This document shows positions 1 through 9,821 of a DNA stretch of 64,000 nucleotides, in pieces. The stretch is from positions 62,001-126,000 of the IMG/VR virus record IMGVR_UViG_3300033997_000478; one strand, given 5' to 3'. The notes beneath the pieces are model-generated. The model saw only the letters and a program-made list of their open reading frames with translations, did not search any database and was not told where the DNA came from. The translations under genes and the position numbers were made by a program. Positions within the stretch are counted from its first letter, which is position 1, and every line of letters begins with the position of its first letter.

Positions 1-1
1 T

Positions 2-133
2 AATTCCCGCTTCCAGTCCAACACCGGCAGTGGCTGGGGTCGGGACAACGGCACCATCTCTCGGGGTGGTGGGCGAGTCTTCGGTGGTGGCGGTAGCAGC
101 CGTGGCGGTTGGGGTGGCGGTTCTTCCCTGTAA
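2..133 (+). CDS. 3' end of a gene truncated by the window edge; Gly/Arg/Ser-rich tail (by synteny possibly the phiKZ gp69/PicA position)
   Basis: Open frame NSRFQSNTGSGWGRDNGTISRGGGRVFGGGGSSRGGWGGGSSL* ending at TAA 131-133, followed by a terminator hairpin; identity inferred from gene order only. Confidence 0.6.
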   Translation, partial: NSRFQSNTGSGWGRDNGTISRGGGRVFGGGGSSRGGWGGGSSL

Positions 134-145
134 GGCGGCATAAGC

Positions 146-169
146 GCCAGGCCCCTCCGGGGGCCTGGC
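146..169. terminator. Bidirectional intrinsic terminator hairpin
   Basis: GCCAGGCCCC-TCC-GGGGGCCTGGC between convergent genes, preceded by GGCATAAG. Confidence 0.7.
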
Positions 170-183
170 AACTCAGGACATTT

Positions 184-522
184 TCATTTTGCCAAGGACC
201 GATACACTTGGTACAGGCGATTGAGGGTTTCGGTCGTAGGAATCATGACCGTACCTCGACTGCCATCAAACTCGGTGGGGTTGGTCATGCCATTGACCCG
301 CAGTGCTACCCAGTGACGCTCAGGTGGGACTCCCAGTTCCAGCAGGGCTCCATCAAAGTCGCCGCGGTACTTGTAACCCAAGTGGTCGTCAATGATCACC
401 ACGTCCATCTCCGCACTGCTTCGCAGCCATTGGAGATGGTCTTCCACCAGCTTCCTCCATTCGGGGGTGTAGTAAACAGCACCACCGGAAGGGGTAAGCA
501 GGCCCAAAACCGACATGGTCAT
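184..522 (-). CDS. Conserved phiKZ-like hypothetical protein (gp70 position)
   Basis: 112-aa ORF with typical codon usage, divergent from the nvRNAP beta gene as in phiKZ-like synteny. Confidence 0.75.
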   Translation of the reverse strand: MTMSVLGLLTPSGGAVYYTPEWRKLVEDHLQWLRSSAEMDVVIIDDHLGYKYRGDFDGALLELGVPPERHWVALRVNGMTNPTEFDGSRGTVMIPTTETLNRLYQVYRSLAK

Positions 523-586
523 CGCGACCTCCTAAAAAATCTTAGACACATACTATCATGGGGAGAGTACTCCTGGTAGAATTGTA

Positions 587-1168
587 ATGCACAAAACCAA
601 ATCGCCGAATTACCAGCGTTGGGTCATGATGGTGCGCAGATGCACCAATCCCCAAGACCCCTCATACGGAAACTACGGTGCACGTGGTATTCGAGTTTGC
701 GAAAGGTGGATGTCTTTCGAGAACTTCGACGCCGACATGGGATTGCCACCAACGCCCGATCATTCGATCGAACGTCTTGACGTCAACGGCCATTATGAGC
801 CGAACAATTGTTGTTGGGCCACTCCCCAGGAACAAGCAAGAAATCGCAGAAGTAACGTTCTGCATGAGCATGACGGGGAGAAACACTTCCTCGATGATCT
901 GGCTGATAAGAACAACATCCCTAAGCGCACCGTGATCGATAGGATGCGTCGAAAGGGAATGAGTTTGTCCGAAGCACTGACAATGCCGAGGATGCGCGAA
1001 GACGTCTACATTGAAGTGGACGGCGTAAAGGTGAAAAGGGCTGATCTCTTGCGTAACGCCAAGATTTCCATACCCACTTTCAACAAACGACTCAGTCAAG
1101 GAATGTCGGTCGAAGAGGCACTGAAGGCGCCCGTCGTTAGGGGTCGCCCGCGTAAAACACCTAAGTAG
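587..1168 (+). CDS. Free-standing HNH homing endonuclease
   Basis: W..M..RC...Y..YGARGIRVCERW, SIERLDVNGHYEPNNCCWAT..EQ..N; C-terminal R...GMS.EEAL DNA-binding repeats; lower GC than flanking genes. Confidence 0.88.
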   Translation: MHKTKSPNYQRWVMMVRRCTNPQDPSYGNYGARGIRVCERWMSFENFDADMGLPPTPDHSIERLDVNGHYEPNNCCWATPQEQARNRRSNVLHEHDGEKHFLDDLADKNNIPKRTVIDRMRRKGMSLSEALTMPRMREDVYIEVDGVKVKRADLLRNAKISIPTFNKRLSQGMSVEEALKAPVVRGRPRKTPK

Positions 1169-1239
1169 GGTCGGTTAGAACTACTGTATCCGCTGCCGCC
1201 GCAGCACGTCGTAAAAGCTACTGGGGTAGAAATAAGACC

Positions 1240-3639
1240 ATGAAACAGGTCAACGAACACCGCGCCGAATTGGCGTCCTCAGCATCGTTCAACCCGTTCA
1301 TCGCCCATGATTCCTCTGCCCGCGTGCAGATGATGGGCTCGCATCTTTCGCAAGCACTCCCCGTCAAGGATTGCCAACCGCGCCGGATTCTTACCGGCAT
1401 GGAACGGGAATTTGGCCGGGCCACGTTCAATGTCGAGATTCCGGTGGATGCGGAAATCATCGACATCATTCACAAGTTCACCGATACAGCCGGTGCAGGT
1501 GGTATTCGCATCAACCCCACCACCGTGATCATCTACATGGATGCTCGCACCAACCAGTTCGATGCCGTGGAGTTCAACAGCTACCACAGCATGCACCAGT
1601 CGTTCGGCTTCAACTTCGTCCGCACCCAGGCCATGCGCAACCTGCGTCCTGAGCAGTCGATCCCGGCCGGCACCGTACTGGGTCGTTCGCCGACACTGGA
1701 TGATCAGGACAACTACCGGATCGGTCTGAACGTCAAGTCGGCGTTCATGTCCATTCCCGGCGTTACCGAGGACGGCTTCATCGTCTCCGAAAGCCTGTGC
1801 AAGCGCATGACCACCACGTGCATCAAGAAGACCAGCTTCAGCTGGGGCAAGACGTGGTATCCGCTGAACTTGTACGGCGATGAGAAGAACTACAAGCCGA
1901 TGCCCGACATCGGTGATCGCATCCGTGACGATGGCCTGATCTGCACCCTGCGCCGCATGGACCAGGATACGGACATCATGTACTATCCGCTGGAGATGTC
2001 CAACGAAGCCCTGCAACGGGTGGACTACTTCTTCGACCAGCGCGTGTACGGCAAGAAGGGCGCCAAGGTGATCAACATCACCTCCCGCCACGGTCAGCGT
2101 GCATGGCCACGTACACCTGATGGCATGGAAGTGCAGGCCAAGAAGTACTACGACGCCGAGTGTGAGTTCCACCAGGCCATTCTGGACAGCCACCGCAAGT
2201 TGGCTCGTCGCTACGGCGATCGTGTGGCACTGGGTGGTACGTTCTCGATGTTGTTGCGCGAGGCCCGGCTGTTCCTGCCGTGCGAGCAGCGCGCCAAGTC
2301 GACCCAGATGTACCAGCTGCAACCGCTGGACGACTGGCGCATCGACCTGACCTACGAGTACGACTTCGTTCCGACCATCGGCTCCAAGCTGACCGGTCTG
2401 CATGGCGACAAGGGCGTGATCTGCCAGATCTGGCCGGACGAAGACATGCCGGTGGATGAGTGGGGCAATCGCGTTGAAGCGATCTCGCCTGCGTACTCCT
2501 CCATCGACCGCATGAACGATGGCCGACCGATCGAGCATGAGATCAATGGCTCGATGGAAATGATGACCGAGGCGGTTCGTATGGGCATGGGCGCACCGCT
2601 CAAGTTCATCGACCCGGCAACGCATCAGGCCATGCTGGAAGTGCGCGCCGAGCGTGAACGTCGTGGACTGCCGGTGCCCGATGGGCAGGTGGCCGCCGAA
2701 CAGATCGCAGCACGGATCAACGGCGACTACAACAACGCCTTCCACGAGGTCAAGGAGTACTACAAGACCATGTCCCCGAAGTTCGGTGCGATCTTCGATC
2801 GTCCGGATTACCTCAATGCAGGCGGTGGTGCGAAGTACCACATCGACGACCTGCTCAAGGATGGGATGTACTTGTGGGCACCGCTGGATACCCCCAAGAT
2901 CTGGCCGGATGTCATCGACGACATCGATCCGGATACCAAGGCGCGCATGATTGCTGAAAGCATCGTTGCCTCGGATCAGACCTTGGGCATGGTGGTCGGG
3001 GACAAGCAGCTCTACCCGGCACGCCGTTCGATCCTGCGGTTCCGTGGTCGCTCCGGCAAGATCCGTTTTACCGAAGAGCCGATCATGGTGGCTGATCTGT
3101 ACCACATCCTGCTGGAGAAAACCGGCAGCGACTGGTCCGGTGTATCCACGGCCTACCACCAGCACTTCGGCCTGCCAGCCAAGCAATCCAAGCAAGACCG
3201 TGATAGCAGTCCGGGTCGTGCCAATCCGGTGCGCATCTTCGGTGAGGCAGAAGTTCGCCTGACCAGTGCCGTGCTCGATAGCAAGATCGTGGCTGAGACC
3301 ATGGAAATGTCCACCAATCCTGCTGTGCACAAGAACGTGGTGTACAACATCCTCAAGGCACCCCAGCCGTCCAACATCGAAGAGGTGGTGGATCGCAGCA
3401 AGGTCCCGATCGGCAACAGCCGCTCGCAGTCGTTCGTGGCACACGGCCTGCAGTGCGCAGGTATCGAGCTGCGGTACGTCGACCATACCACCGAAGGCGA
3501 GGTCTATCCGGCCGATCCGGGTGGTGCTGCATCGGATCTGGGTCTACTCACTGGGGATGAGGAGGATGACGATGATGATGTCAATGAAAACGAGGACGGC
3601 GACGACAGTGCCGATGATGGCGATGACAGCGACGATTGA
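1240..3639 (+). CDS. Non-virion RNA polymerase beta subunit, C-terminal part (phiKZ gp71-73-like)
   Basis: SSARVQMMGSHLSQA (beta NRALMGSNMQRQA equivalent), GSKLTGLHGDKGVI (beta GDKxxGRHGNKG equivalent), RIFGEAE; acidic C-tail. Confidence 0.92.
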   Translation: MKQVNEHRAELASSASFNPFIAHDSSARVQMMGSHLSQALPVKDCQPRRILTGMEREFGRATFNVEIPVDAEIIDIIHKFTDTAGAGGIRINPTTVIIYMDARTNQFDAVEFNSYHSMHQSFGFNFVRTQAMRNLRPEQSIPAGTVLGRSPTLDDQDNYRIGLNVKSAFMSIPGVTEDGFIVSESLCKRMTTTCIKKTSFSWGKTWYPLNLYGDEKNYKPMPDIGDRIRDDGLICTLRRMDQDTDIMYYPLEMSNEALQRVDYFFDQRVYGKKGAKVINITSRHGQRAWPRTPDGMEVQAKKYYDAECEFHQAILDSHRKLARRYGDRVALGGTFSMLLREARLFLPCEQRAKSTQMYQLQPLDDWRIDLTYEYDFVPTIGSKLTGLHGDKGVICQIWPDEDMPVDEWGNRVEAISPAYSSIDRMNDGRPIEHEINGSMEMMTEAVRMGMGAPLKFIDPATHQAMLEVRAERERRGLPVPDGQVAAEQIAARINGDYNNAFHEVKEYYKTMSPKFGAIFDRPDYLNAGGGAKYHIDDLLKDGMYLWAPLDTPKIWPDVIDDIDPDTKARMIAESIVASDQTLGMVVGDKQLYPARRSILRFRGRSGKIRFTEEPIMVADLYHILLEKTGSDWSGVSTAYHQHFGLPAKQSKQDRDSSPGRANPVRIFGEAEVRLTSAVLDSKIVAETMEMSTNPAVHKNVVYNILKAPQPSNIEEVVDRSKVPIGNSRSQSFVAHGLQCAGIELRYVDHTTEGEVYPADPGGAASDLGLLTGDEEDDDDDVNENEDGDDSADDGDDSDD

Positions 3640-3651
3640 GGGAGATAAGTA

Positions 3652-5643
3652 ATGCGTCGTTTCCATGCTCGTGAACTGGCTGCCATGCCCAAGGCCGAGC
3701 TCTGGGAGATCCCTCAGGAAAGGATCATCGTTGTCTTCGACGACGGTGAGGTGGAATGCTGGACCAGTGAGGCGCTGTACTCGGCCTACATGTGGGGGTT
3801 CTACGTGGACTTCCCCGAAACGCCGGCACTGAAGAAACATCACCTGGGCAAGCGCAAGATTGGAACCAGCACGCATCTGAACATGATCAACGAAGTTCGT
3901 TGGGATTGCCATGATGCCTACGATGGCCAGATTCGTTCGGACATCTTGAACAAGAAAGCGCTGGAATACATCAACATTGCCTACAATGACCTGAGCGAAG
4001 GAAGCGAAGCGTGGGCCACCACGCTGAGCCAGCTGGACATCAACGCGGTGATGCATCACCCGGAGATCAAGGCTGCCAACGAACAGGTCACCATCGCCGA
4101 CAAGACCATCGTGCATGCACATCGCACGATCGAACGGGTCTTGAAGGACGCCAAAGAGCTGGTGGGTAACTCCCTGGCTCTGGCGGTACAGTGCGGGCTG
4201 GTGAAGCTGGGGCAGGTGTTGCAGGTGATTGGTCCGCGAGGATCGGTGACCGACAACGACTCCAACATCTTCCCCTACCCGGTGCAGGTGGGTTTCGCAC
4301 AAGGCCTCTACCGGTTCTACGACAGCTTCATCGAGTCGCGGACGGCCTCCAAGTCGCTGACCTTCACCGAAAAGCCGCTGCAGGATACGGAGTACTTCAA
4401 CCGTAAGTTGCAGCTGCTGGCAGCGACCCTGCGTGATCTGTACGATGGCGACTGCGGTACTGAGCAATACCTGCTGTGGCAGATGGGGCCGGGCGATCTG
4501 GAAGCCTTCAAGGGTAAGTACTACCTGAAGGACGACGGGACGCTGGGCATGATTCAGAACAACGATGAATGCCGTAAGGAACTGGTAGGTAAATCGGTGC
4601 GCATCCGCTCGCCGCTGTACTGCGCCACCCCTGACTCCACGATGGTCTGTACGACCTGCTACGGTGAGATGGAGAAATCCATCCCCCACGGCACCAACAT
4701 CGGCCACGTGGCTGCCACTGCGTTGTGTAAGCAGGCCTCCCAGCGCGTGCTCTCCACCAAGCACTTGGATACCTCCGCTTCCAGCTCGGGTCTGCGCCTG
4801 TCTGAATTCGAACAGCGTTACGTTCGTCTGGGCAATGATCCGAACCTGCTGTTCCTGGCACACCGCCTGGCAGAAGGAGCGAAGATCAAGTTGTACATCT
4901 CCGCCGATGAAGCCGAGCGCATTGCAGAGGTCAAGTCGGCAGAGAACGTGGAGATCCTGCTTCCCAGCCACATCAGTGCGCTGACGCAGGTGACCTTCGT
5001 GGTGACCAAGAACGGCAAGGAAGAAGCCGAAGTCGTGCAGGTGTCCAATGGTAGTCGTACCAGCTCGCTCTCGCGCGAAATGCTGGTGCACCTGCGCACC
5101 CATGGCTGGAAGCTGCTCACCTCCGATCGTGGTGGTAGCAATGACATCGAGATCGACCTGACCGAGTGGGATCCGGATCAGCCGCTGTTTGCAACACCGC
5201 GGCGTCAGGAGAACATGCTCGATTACATGGCGACCATCGAGAAGTTCCTGAAGGCGGCGAAGAAGGGCTCTGCCCATAAGTCGCTGAAGGACTTCATGAC
5301 GGTCGATGGTGCAGCACGGGGTCTTTACGATCTGGTCAGTTCTCGCCTGTTCGTGAACTTCGTGCATCTGGAGATCCTGGTGAAGGTCTGTCAGGTCCGC
5401 TCCACGCATCACCGTGATTCGCGCATCCCGTTGATTGGCAACAAGGTGGAATTCGGTCGTTTCGACTTCACCATCTTCAGCCGCTCGGCCGGTGCGAGCA
5501 TGGCGTATCAGAATCATCGTCAGCAGTGGAATTCGCCGACGACGTATCTGACGCACCTGCGTCCGCCCCATCCGCTGGATCCCATCCTGATGCCGTTGCC
5601 GCAAACGCCATCGGTCCACTGGAAGGCGGGTAATTCGTTGTGA
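3652..5643 (+). CDS. Non-virion RNA polymerase beta' subunit, C-terminal part (phiKZ gp74-like)
   Basis: DGDCGT, IRSPLYC, CTTCYG, GTNIGHVAATALCKQASQRVLSTKH (trigger-loop region), VHLEILV. Confidence 0.92.
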   Translation: MRRFHARELAAMPKAELWEIPQERIIVVFDDGEVECWTSEALYSAYMWGFYVDFPETPALKKHHLGKRKIGTSTHLNMINEVRWDCHDAYDGQIRSDILNKKALEYINIAYNDLSEGSEAWATTLSQLDINAVMHHPEIKAANEQVTIADKTIVHAHRTIERVLKDAKELVGNSLALAVQCGLVKLGQVLQVIGPRGSVTDNDSNIFPYPVQVGFAQGLYRFYDSFIESRTASKSLTFTEKPLQDTEYFNRKLQLLAATLRDLYDGDCGTEQYLLWQMGPGDLEAFKGKYYLKDDGTLGMIQNNDECRKELVGKSVRIRSPLYCATPDSTMVCTTCYGEMEKSIPHGTNIGHVAATALCKQASQRVLSTKHLDTSASSSGLRLSEFEQRYVRLGNDPNLLFLAHRLAEGAKIKLYISADEAERIAEVKSAENVEILLPSHISALTQVTFVVTKNGKEEAEVVQVSNGSRTSSLSREMLVHLRTHGWKLLTSDRGGSNDIEIDLTEWDPDQPLFATPRRQENMLDYMATIEKFLKAAKKGSAHKSLKDFMTVDGAARGLYDLVSSRLFVNFVHLEILVKVCQVRSTHHRDSRIPLIGNKVEFGRFDFTIFSRSAGASMAYQNHRQQWNSPTTYLTHLRPPHPLDPILMPLPQTPSVHWKAGNSL

Positions 5644-5654
5644 TGTTATGACAA

Positions 5655-5680
5655 CGGCGGCGGGGTAACACCCGCCGCCT
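5655..5680 (+). terminator. Intrinsic terminator
   Basis: GGCGGCGGGG-TAACA-CCCGCCGCC hairpin followed by T-rich tract. Confidence 0.6.
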
Positions 5681-5715
5681 GAGTCGTTTCTTCTTATTTT
5701 GATTTGGAGGTTTGC

Positions 5716-7335
5716 ATGTCGGCTCCTTCTGCGGAGGGCGCAAGCAGCACGTCGAGCTTCACCCCAGCCGACATCATCAAGGCTGTCACCGTTCCCCGCG
5801 TCCGCTTGGACGTGTACAGCCATGGCATTAAGGTCAGTCGGTTCGGCGGAGAAATCCGCGCATTGCTGATTGACATGTGCCGTACCGAATGGGCCGAGTA
5901 CGGGGTGATGCAAAATCGCCACACCGGCCGTCGTGAATCGAAGATCAAGCGGGTGTTCGTTGGCACCAACCGAGCCCGTGACGTCTTCCACATCCATCGC
6001 AATCAGCTGGACCTGCTGATCCTAAGGCTGCGTCGAGCTGGGATCTCCGATCAACGTATCGAGATCATCAAGCACGAGATGTACGAACCGGTCAAGTGCG
6101 AACACAAGCGCGTGGACACCCGTCCCCCGCGAGACGTGCAGGTACCGGTGATCGAATACGTCCTAGCACCGCCTGATGCGCGCTATGCGCCGTCCAAGGT
6201 GGTTACCCTACAGACGGGTAAGGGCAAGACCTTCTTGGGCCTGTACTGCATGCGAGAGCTCGGCTCGCGCATCTGTATCGTCCTACCGGCCCGCTACATG
6301 AAGAAGTGGGTGGGCGACATCGAAGACGCCTACGGAAAGGAGAAGGGTAGCATCCTGACCATCTCCGGTCTGAAGGATCTGCGCAACGCTTTCCAGATGG
6401 TCAAAGACGGTGAGTTCAAGGCCCGCGTGGTACTGATCTCCACCACGACCATGTTCATGTATTTCAAGTACATCGAGCAGTTTGGCGTGGACGACATTGT
6501 CAAGGTCGACCCGTATGACTTCTACAAGTACTTCGGCTTTGGCGTTCGCCTGATCGACGAAGTACACGAGGAGTTCCACTGCAATTACCGCATGGACTGC
6601 TACGGCCATGTACCGTTGACGATCTCTCTGTCAGCTACCCTAGAGGCTGACCAGGAGTTCACCAACAAGATGTACCACATCGTCTGGCCGGTGGGTACGT
6701 GGGCGCCGAAGATCGAGCACCACAAGTACATCGAGATCCAGTCGCTGCAATACCGCTTCAAAGACGAGCATCTACCTAAGATCCGCTACCTGAACTTCAT
6801 GCGCCAGTACAGCCATACCGAGCTGGAAAAGTCGATCATGAAGCACAAGCCGATCTTGCGCAACTACGTGGAGATGATCCACGACATCGTCGATAAGAAG
6901 TTCATCCAAGTCCACCAGCCGGGCCAACGCTGCTTGGTGTTCGTGGCCACCAAGGACATGGCTACGATCGTGTCTGACCACCTCAAGAGTTCCTATCGGG
7001 ACAAGCTGGTTAACCGGTATATCTCTGAGGATGACTACGACCGCTTGACCGAAGCAGACATTGCGGTGTCTACGCTGAAGTCGGCCGGTACCGCAGTTGA
7101 CATCCCAGATCTTCGCGTTACCTTGATGACGACGGCCCTGAGTACCAAGCAGGGCAACGAGCAAGCGTTGGGGCGTACCCGTCCGTTGGTTAGCTATCCG
7201 GACGTTAACCCTGAGTTCCTCTTCCTCACGGCGATGAATATCGACAAGCACGTGATCTACGAGCGTGAGAAAAAAGAGAAACTGTATGGGAAGGCTTTGT
7301 CCTTTACGCCCGTCCGTACGCATTTCGTTATCTAA
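5716..7335 (+). CDS. SF2 (UvsW-like) DNA helicase (phiKZ gp75-like)
   Basis: Walker A LQTGKGKT, DEVH motif II, SAT motif III, QALGR motif VI; start moved to ATG 5716 after GGAGG. Confidence 0.92.
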   Translation: MSAPSAEGASSTSSFTPADIIKAVTVPRVRLDVYSHGIKVSRFGGEIRALLIDMCRTEWAEYGVMQNRHTGRRESKIKRVFVGTNRARDVFHIHRNQLDLLILRLRRAGISDQRIEIIKHEMYEPVKCEHKRVDTRPPRDVQVPVIEYVLAPPDARYAPSKVVTLQTGKGKTFLGLYCMRELGSRICIVLPARYMKKWVGDIEDAYGKEKGSILTISGLKDLRNAFQMVKDGEFKARVVLISTTTMFMYFKYIEQFGVDDIVKVDPYDFYKYFGFGVRLIDEVHEEFHCNYRMDCYGHVPLTISLSATLEADQEFTNKMYHIVWPVGTWAPKIEHHKYIEIQSLQYRFKDEHLPKIRYLNFMRQYSHTELEKSIMKHKPILRNYVEMIHDIVDKKFIQVHQPGQRCLVFVATKDMATIVSDHLKSSYRDKLVNRYISEDDYDRLTEADIAVSTLKSAGTAVDIPDLRVTLMTTALSTKQGNEQALGRTRPLVSYPDVNPEFLFLTAMNIDKHVIYEREKKEKLYGKALSFTPVRTHFVI

Positions 7336-7346
7336 GGGGAAGGTCG

Positions 7347-7940
7347 ATGGAGACCGCAGAACAGATCGTCAACGAAAACTTCGAAGCGGCCGCTCAAGTT
7401 GCCCCCGCCCTGCGGGAGTACCCGGACGCTTTGATTGAGCGCTACCATGCTGAAGGGGTCGACATCGACCCCGTCGCTGTCCGAGAGAACGTCATCGGCG
7501 GCATCAGCGTGCTGTGGTTGCTGATGGAAGAAAACATCACCTTCCTGATGGAGGCGTTCCCCAAGGACATGCCCGCTTCGATTGAACACTTCGGCGAGCG
7601 CTACTCGCTGGGGCATTCGCTGCTGGATGTGCCCGAAATGGAAGAAGGCTTCTCCATGTTGGCGCACTTTGTGGTCTGTTTGGCCATGAACACCTACACC
7701 ACCGAACTGTTTGACATCTACCAGGAAACTGGCGAAGGTGAGGACGATGAGTTCGATGAGTTCAGTGGTTGGCCGGTCAAGGCCGATCCCCTGATGGTCA
7801 TGGGTCACATTGAAGTGGCCCTGGCCACCATTCCCTTCGACGCCCGCTCCTTGACGGGTGTGCGAGCCTACACCAACCGCTGGTTGGGTGAGGTGTTGAT
7901 GTATCACACCAAGCCGCCGGCGAAAAGTAAGTACCACTGA
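7347..7940 (+). CDS. Hypothetical protein, acidic
   Basis: 197-aa ORF, GGAAGG RBS, host-type codon usage. Confidence 0.8.
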   Translation: METAEQIVNENFEAAAQVAPALREYPDALIERYHAEGVDIDPVAVRENVIGGISVLWLLMEENITFLMEAFPKDMPASIEHFGERYSLGHSLLDVPEMEEGFSMLAHFVVCLAMNTYTTELFDIYQETGEGEDDEFDEFSGWPVKADPLMVMGHIEVALATIPFDARSLTGVRAYTNRWLGEVLMYHTKPPAKSKYH

Positions 7941-7952
7941 AAGAGAGTCGAC

Positions 7953-8492
7953 ATGGATAGAACGTCGCAAACCCCCGATTCCGAGCGTTTGCTGGCCTAC
8001 CTGCGTGCTGACCCCAGCACGATCAGTGACGTCTACGCCCACAACCCGCATCTGCGTCAAGTGGCCACCCACGCCATCTCCCATCGTCTGCGCATGCAGC
8101 ACACCTATGGCGAGAAGGTCAGCGATCAGATCCTGGATGAGGCGGCCTCTGAAGCCTTTACGGCCACGATGCTGCTGACCACGTTGTACAACAACCGTGA
8201 GCGGGTTCTGCTGGTCAAGAACATGGGCGATGTCTTGGTATCTGAGGCGGCAACAACGTTCGTTCCTTTGGCTCGCTCCTTGCCCAGTCGCGTGTCCGAT
8301 CGAGCCCTTCCGTCGTTCGTGCGCGCGCAGATGGATGTTCATCTGTTGTGCTACTATGCCAACCAGATGCGCGAACCACGCGAGTACGTCCGTGAACTGG
8401 CCAGCGAGTTGATCATCGACAAGCAGTACATCGACAGGGCAGTGACTGAGGTCATGCAGCATCACCGCTACGTCGGCCAAACCTTCCATTGA
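7953..8492 (+). CDS. Hypothetical protein
   Basis: 179-aa ORF in operon, GAGAG RBS. Confidence 0.8.
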   Translation: MDRTSQTPDSERLLAYLRADPSTISDVYAHNPHLRQVATHAISHRLRMQHTYGEKVSDQILDEAASEAFTATMLLTTLYNNRERVLLVKNMGDVLVSEAATTFVPLARSLPSRVSDRALPSFVRAQMDVHLLCYYANQMREPREYVRELASELIIDKQYIDRAVTEVMQHHRYVGQTFH

Positions 8493-8555
8493 TTGCCCCA
8501 CCTGCGTCCTCGGGCGTAGGTGGGTTTTATTCACTACAGCAGGAGAGCAGTGCGT

Positions 8556-9107
8556 ATGAGCTTCTTTGAAACAGTTGAACTTTACTCCGAACATTACCCA
8601 GTCAAGCACCATCTGACCTTGGACCACTTCATGATGGGGCGCCTTGTCGATGCTGACACGGTAGAGGTCGAGCTCCTGTTCGGCAGTGACGGGGACAAGC
8701 CGAAGCAGGTGCTGTACAAGGACGGCCTGCTGGCCGATAGTTTTGGGGATACGATCTCCAAGGGACGGGTGACCCATCGCGCGCAGTCGATCATGACGGT
8801 GGTCCAAGGTCGGCATGGTGCGCCGTTCTATACCCCAATGGATGTGGGCGGGCTGGTTGCCTCACTGTTCTTCCAGTGGGACCAGAATCGCGAACACTAC
8901 CTCACCCATTCGCTGCAAGCCAAGGTCATCCGCGATCTGATGGGCGACCCCAATGCCGGTACCTGGACGTTGGATCGAATCCTGCAGATGGTACACAACG
9001 CCCACCGAGAGACCATCGTCCACATCAGCAACGACTATCCGGTCTCGGTACTGCTGCTTGGCTTCAACCAGAACAGCGACGACATCGCACCACCCATCAC
9101 CCGCTAA
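8556..9107 (+). CDS. Hypothetical protein
   Basis: ORF with AGGAGA upstream; start placed at ATG 8556 (MSFFETVELY). Confidence 0.75.
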   Translation: MSFFETVELYSEHYPVKHHLTLDHFMMGRLVDADTVEVELLFGSDGDKPKQVLYKDGLLADSFGDTISKGRVTHRAQSIMTVVQGRHGAPFYTPMDVGGLVASLFFQWDQNREHYLTHSLQAKVIRDLMGDPNAGTWTLDRILQMVHNAHRETIVHISNDYPVSVLLLGFNQNSDDIAPPITR

Positions 9108-9117
9108 GGAGAGTTGT

Positions 9118-9507
9118 ATGCCCACTCGTTTGTTGCTCCATACGGCTGTGGAAGGTCTGCCCGCCTCCCATCGTAGCTTGGCACTCCAACGCGGCTGCAT
9201 CCTCCACCTGCGGTTGATCAATGCCAAGAAGGCCATCGCCACATGGTACTCCCCGCTCGGAGATGGTGAACTGCTGTCGTATGCGAAAGACTCTTTCTAC
9301 CGCAACGAGAAAGAAGACGAAGAGATCTACGAGGTCTGGGACAATCCCTTGACGGTGCTGTTGCCTGACGGCTTGCTCAGGCACCTACCCTTCCCCTACG
9401 TTGGCGATGGCACCTACCTGCGCCGTGTACGGCATCGATTGGAGCACACCCCGATCCTGCGGCGTTACCTGAAGGAATACCATCGCTGCGAGATCTACCG
9501 CAGTTGA
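9118..9507 (+). CDS. Hypothetical protein
   Basis: AAGGAG RBS then ATG 9118 (MPTRLLLHT...), ends before a terminator. Confidence 0.75.
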   Translation: MPTRLLLHTAVEGLPASHRSLALQRGCILHLRLINAKKAIATWYSPLGDGELLSYAKDSFYRNEKEDEEIYEVWDNPLTVLLPDGLLRHLPFPYVGDGTYLRRVRHRLEHTPILRRYLKEYHRCEIYRS

Positions 9508-9515
9508 CGGCATAA

Positions 9516-9540
9516 GCCCCCTCCCAGACGGGAGGGGGCG
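9516..9540. terminator. Bidirectional intrinsic terminator
   Basis: GCCCCCTCCC-AGAC-GGGAGGGGGC between convergent genes. Confidence 0.75.
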
Positions 9541-9563
9541 TTGTGCTGCCTTTTCTTTTTGGT

Positions 9564-9821
9564 TTACGCAGCCACCGGGATATTCGGCGCCTTGTCCATC
9601 AGGTGCTTGCGGAACTCGGTCAAGACATCTTCCATCGACGGGGCCGAATGGATCTGCTGACAGATTTCCACCGCATTGACGAAACCACCCGACAGATTGA
9701 CACCTGCGGCACGCCGATAGATCTCCGGGATGTCGCGGATCATGCACAGTTCCTGAGCCGTGGTGGCCTTGGAGATGTTCATGATGATCTCAACGTTGGG
9801 ATATGTACCTTCTACGTCAAG
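9564..9821 (-). CDS. Family B DNA polymerase (exonuclease/motif-A half, phiKZ gp82-like), exon 3
   Basis: Begins LDVEGTYPN; joined to exon 2 (...HVAD) it rebuilds PolB motif A D-L-D-V-E-G-T-Y-P-N; preceded by intron terminal G at 9822. Confidence 0.88.
   Translation of the reverse strand, partial: LDVEGTYPNVEIIMNISKATTAQELCMIRDIPEIYRRAAGVNLSGGFVNAVEICQQIHSAPSMEDVLTEFRKHLMDKAPNIPVAA

Noticed and set aside
7269-7276. A6 run near the helicase C-terminus as a frameshift site
   Set aside because: G-AAA-AAA is not a canonical heptamer in frame and there is no useful alternative ORF
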